A stretch of 64,000 nt of DNA from Octopus sinensis (lineage: Eukaryota): NCBI RefSeq assembly GCF_006345805.1, contig NC_043002.1, forward strand, positions 112,344,001-112,408,000, in the 5' to 3' direction. Below the pieces are notes generated by a model that was not told the origin of the DNA, did not search any database, and saw nothing but the letters and a program-made list of their open reading frames with translations. The position numbers and the translations under genes were made by a program. This document shows, in pieces, positions 63,951 to 64,000 of this stretch. Each line of letters starts with the position of its first letter. The first letter of the stretch is position 1.

Positions 63951-64000
63951 ATCTTCACTGCACCACAAACTGGCAAGATTTTGAAGGTGCGGGACCTTCT

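Overview
AT-rich, microsatellite-saturated eukaryotic non-coding DNA. The SINE families and the repeat load point to an octopod cephalopod (Octopus-like); this is inference from recall, not a database search. I can support no host protein-coding exon. The window is a mosaic of these elements: three tRNA-headed SINE families (called A, B, C here), a full-length L1/Tx1-type LINE (50041-55905) plus a 5'-truncated relative, a decayed R4/Dong-type RLE LINE in a (TAA)n tract, a decayed Tc1 with TIRs, RTE and CR1 fragments, Penelope-like (PLE) fragments and a 5'-truncated U6 snRNA copy. The most striking signal is about ten minimal type I hammerhead-ribozyme (HHR) folds in roughly six unrelated PLE-type repeats, several sitting in fold-back inverted repeats. 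They include an apparently intact pair (34082-34139 minus, 34376-34433 plus) and variants in which the tertiary C3-G8 core pair is swapped to G3-C8 (43263-43311) or U3-A8 (58825-58870). Other highlights are the SINE-B tail matching the Tx1 LINE 3' end, a 14-copy array of a SINE tRNA head, and a non-coding element co-oriented with Dong in (TAA)n. Frequent 1-nt indels between near-identical repeats suggest an under-polished long-read assembly, so frameshifts and tandem duplications may be partly artefactual. All alignments and folds were done by eye.
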